Assembly (NCBI GenBank): GCA_043778625.1
Contig: JAYWFU010000128.1
Span: 54,528 to 118,527 of the forward strand
DNA: 64,000 nucleotides
Source: Bacteroidia bacterium
Lineage (GTDB): Bacteria > Bacteroidota > Bacteroidia > UBA4408
Direction of reading: 5' to 3'
The first letter of the stretch is position 1, and every line of letters begins with the position of its first letter. The notes beneath the pieces were generated by a model, which searched no databases, was not told where the DNA came from, and worked only from the letters and a program-made list of their open reading frames with translations. A program made the translations under genes and the position numbers. Positions 62,119 through 64,000 of the stretch are shown here, one piece after another.

Positions 62119-64000
62119 ATGAAAAAAATAGCATTAATTACTTTAGCACTTTTTACATTAAATACCATTTATGCACAACCCATTATATCTAACGTAACTA
62201 TTTCTAAATCGTCTAGTGTTTATAATACACTTGAAGTAAAGTTTAGTATGGGAGTGTACACCAATCCTTACAATCCAAGTGTTATAAAATCTCAAATAGA
62301 CTTTACATCTCCGACAGGAAAGACATTTACAGTAGATGCGTTTTATTATTCTGATTATACAAAAACAAATCATCCATGTAATTGCCCTACAGGACCAACT
62401 CCAGCTTGTACTAAAGCTATAGCAAATCCTAATTGTGATCCATATAATTACAGTTGCGAAACACTAACTCCAAACGGTACTAATAGTTGGAAAGTTAGGT
62501 TTACACCAAACGAAGTAGGCACTTGGTTTTATAGAATTAAATCAACAGATAATATTGGGACTACTTCTTATCCTACTTTAAGTAATCCTACATTAAACTT
62601 TAACTGTACTCCTTCAACCACTAGTGGATTTATTATGAAAGCAAATGATAAATTTTTGAAACGAACTACGGGAGAATTCTTTTTTCCAGTTGGAGAAAAT
62701 TATGCTAATTACGCTCAAGCTGATTGCTGGTGGGGAGTAGAATCTTTTGGCACAAATGAATACATTAAGGAAATTGATAAAATGTCAATGAATAAATTAA
62801 ATTTTATGCGTGTGTTTTTAGATGTCTATGACGGAATTGCGTTAATTGGGCCAGATTTTCAAAACGGACAAACTTATTTTGATTTATATAATCAAAAAGA
62901 TGCTTATCAATTAGATCTTATTTTTGATTATGCAAAATCAAAAAACATTAATATTCAACTCTGTTTATTTGGTTTTACTTCGTTAGGTGATGCAAGCTTT
63001 TCATGGTCTGCATGGAAAGATCGTAATCCTTTTAATGCAACAAGAGGGGGGCCTTGTAACACTCCTTACGATTTTTTCACGAATGTTACAGCCATAACCA
63101 AGACCAAAAATTTAAGTAAGTACATAGTCTCACGATGGGGACACAATACTAACTTGGTAGCCTGGGAATTATTTAATGAAATTAGTCAGGTACCTGGATT
63201 TAATCCTAATATTACAATGCCCACTAATTTTTTCACAACCGATGTAGTAAATTGGCATAGCACAATGTATAATTATATAAAAAGTATAGATCCTTATAAA
63301 CATTTAGTTACAACATCTGTGGCAGGAGACTTGGGAGATAATAATACTAATTGGGCTCCTCTTTTTAATACCGTAGATTTAACACAGTCTCACGATTATA
63401 AAGATTTTTCAGTAAATAATGATAATTTTCAAGATCATTTTAATTTAATTGCAAATAGATCTCAGCAATTAGTTAATAAACCATATATGGTTGGAGAATG
63501 GGGATTAACTCCAGACGAAAATTATTGGGGTAAAATAGGATATGGTCCATTTGCACCAATAGGATCTCCACCTATACCTTATTACGATTTGTCGTCTGTA
63601 GATCCTAATGGTTTTGAATTACATAATTCCTTGTGGAGTTCTTGTTTTTCTACATCTTATGGAGCTGTTGGTAATTGGGATTGGTTTTATCCAAAACAGA
63701 AAAATCTATATCATTTATATAAACCCGTTGTTATATTTATGAATTCCTTGGCTATACCGTCTTCGTCATTTAGATCTAGATTATACTCTAGTACTGTATT
63801 AAACACAAGTATGAACGGAATGAGGTGTTACTATATGGAAAATACAAATAGAGATACTATTTACGGCTGGATACAGGATATTGCATTTCACTACCAAAAT
63901 TTAAAAACGAACAATAGTTCATACTTATTAAGTACATTAAATCCTGTTAACAAACCGAGTTCTAGTTCCAATAATAACGAGCTAATAATACCTATGTATA
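62119..64000 (+). CDS. Secreted glycoside hydrolase, clan GH-A/GH5-like with a DUF5060-like N-domain (partial, runs off right edge)
   Basis: Manual translation: MKKIALITLALFTLNTIYAQ signal; NPY.P...FTSPTGK...DAFY; WKVRFTPNEVGTW; FFPVGEN; RWG...AWELFNE (acid/base) and MVGEWG (nucleophile). Missing from the ORF track. Confidence 0.8.
   Translation, partial: MKKIALITLALFTLNTIYAQPIISNVTISKSSSVYNTLEVKFSMGVYTNPYNPSVIKSQIDFTSPTGKTFTVDAFYYSDYTKTNHPCNCPTGPTPACTKAIANPNCDPYNYSCETLTPNGTNSWKVRFTPNEVGTWFYRIKSTDNIGTTSYPTLSNPTLNFNCTPSTTSGFIMKANDKFLKRTTGEFFFPVGENYANYAQADCWWGVESFGTNEYIKEIDKMSMNKLNFMRVFLDVYDGIALIGPDFQNGQTYFDLYNQKDAYQLDLIFDYAKSKNINIQLCLFGFTSLGDASFSWSAWKDRNPFNATRGGPCNTPYDFFTNVTAITKTKNLSKYIVSRWGHNTNLVAWELFNEISQVPGFNPNITMPTNFFTTDVVNWHSTMYNYIKSIDPYKHLVTTSVAGDLGDNNTNWAPLFNTVDLTQSHDYKDFSVNNDNFQDHFNLIANRSQQLVNKPYMVGEWGLTPDENYWGKIGYGPFAPIGSPPIPYYDLSSVDPNGFELHNSLWSSCFSTSYGAVGNWDWFYPKQKNLYHLYKPVVIFMNSLAIPSSSFRSRLYSSTVLNTSMNGMRCYYMENTNRDTIYGWIQDIAFHYQNLKTNNSSYLLSTLNPVNKPSSSSNNNELIIPMY

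Overview
AT-rich Bacteroidota chromosomal segment, judged from T9SS/PorP-SprF genes, TAnnTTTG -7 promoter boxes and Bacteroidota-type housekeeping genes. Most of it is ordinary core genome: rplM-rpsI-rpsB, pfkA, ligA, asnB, clpP-clpX, tig, ubiX, mutY, holB, aroB-aroA and paaB-paaC. The main accessory region is a ~14-kb surface-protein island (25.9-39.6 kb) of two divergent operons separated by a complete but frameshifted IS1595-family element (25-bp TIRs, 10-bp target duplication). The left operon encodes a phage-fibre-like protein, an outer-membrane barrel, two paralogous Cys-rich lipoproteins and a T9SS-secreted HEXXH metalloprotease. The fibre gene is currently out of frame through an (AACAC)4 tract near its 5' end plus a second 1-nt frameshift. 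The right operon encodes a large T9SS protein, a second fibre-like protein in which all 13 Asp residues of a 169-aa repeat block form Bacteroidota O-glycosylation sequons, and an exosortase. Also present: two REP-doublet (REPIN-like) palindromes, a single-chain restriction-modification gene with a compositionally distinct segment, a Gly-rich T9SS type B cargo with a (GCC)10 tract, and a partial GH-A clan glycoside hydrolase at the right edge. I saw no tRNA, rRNA or CRISPR array. Functional calls come from motif recognition only; no searches were run.
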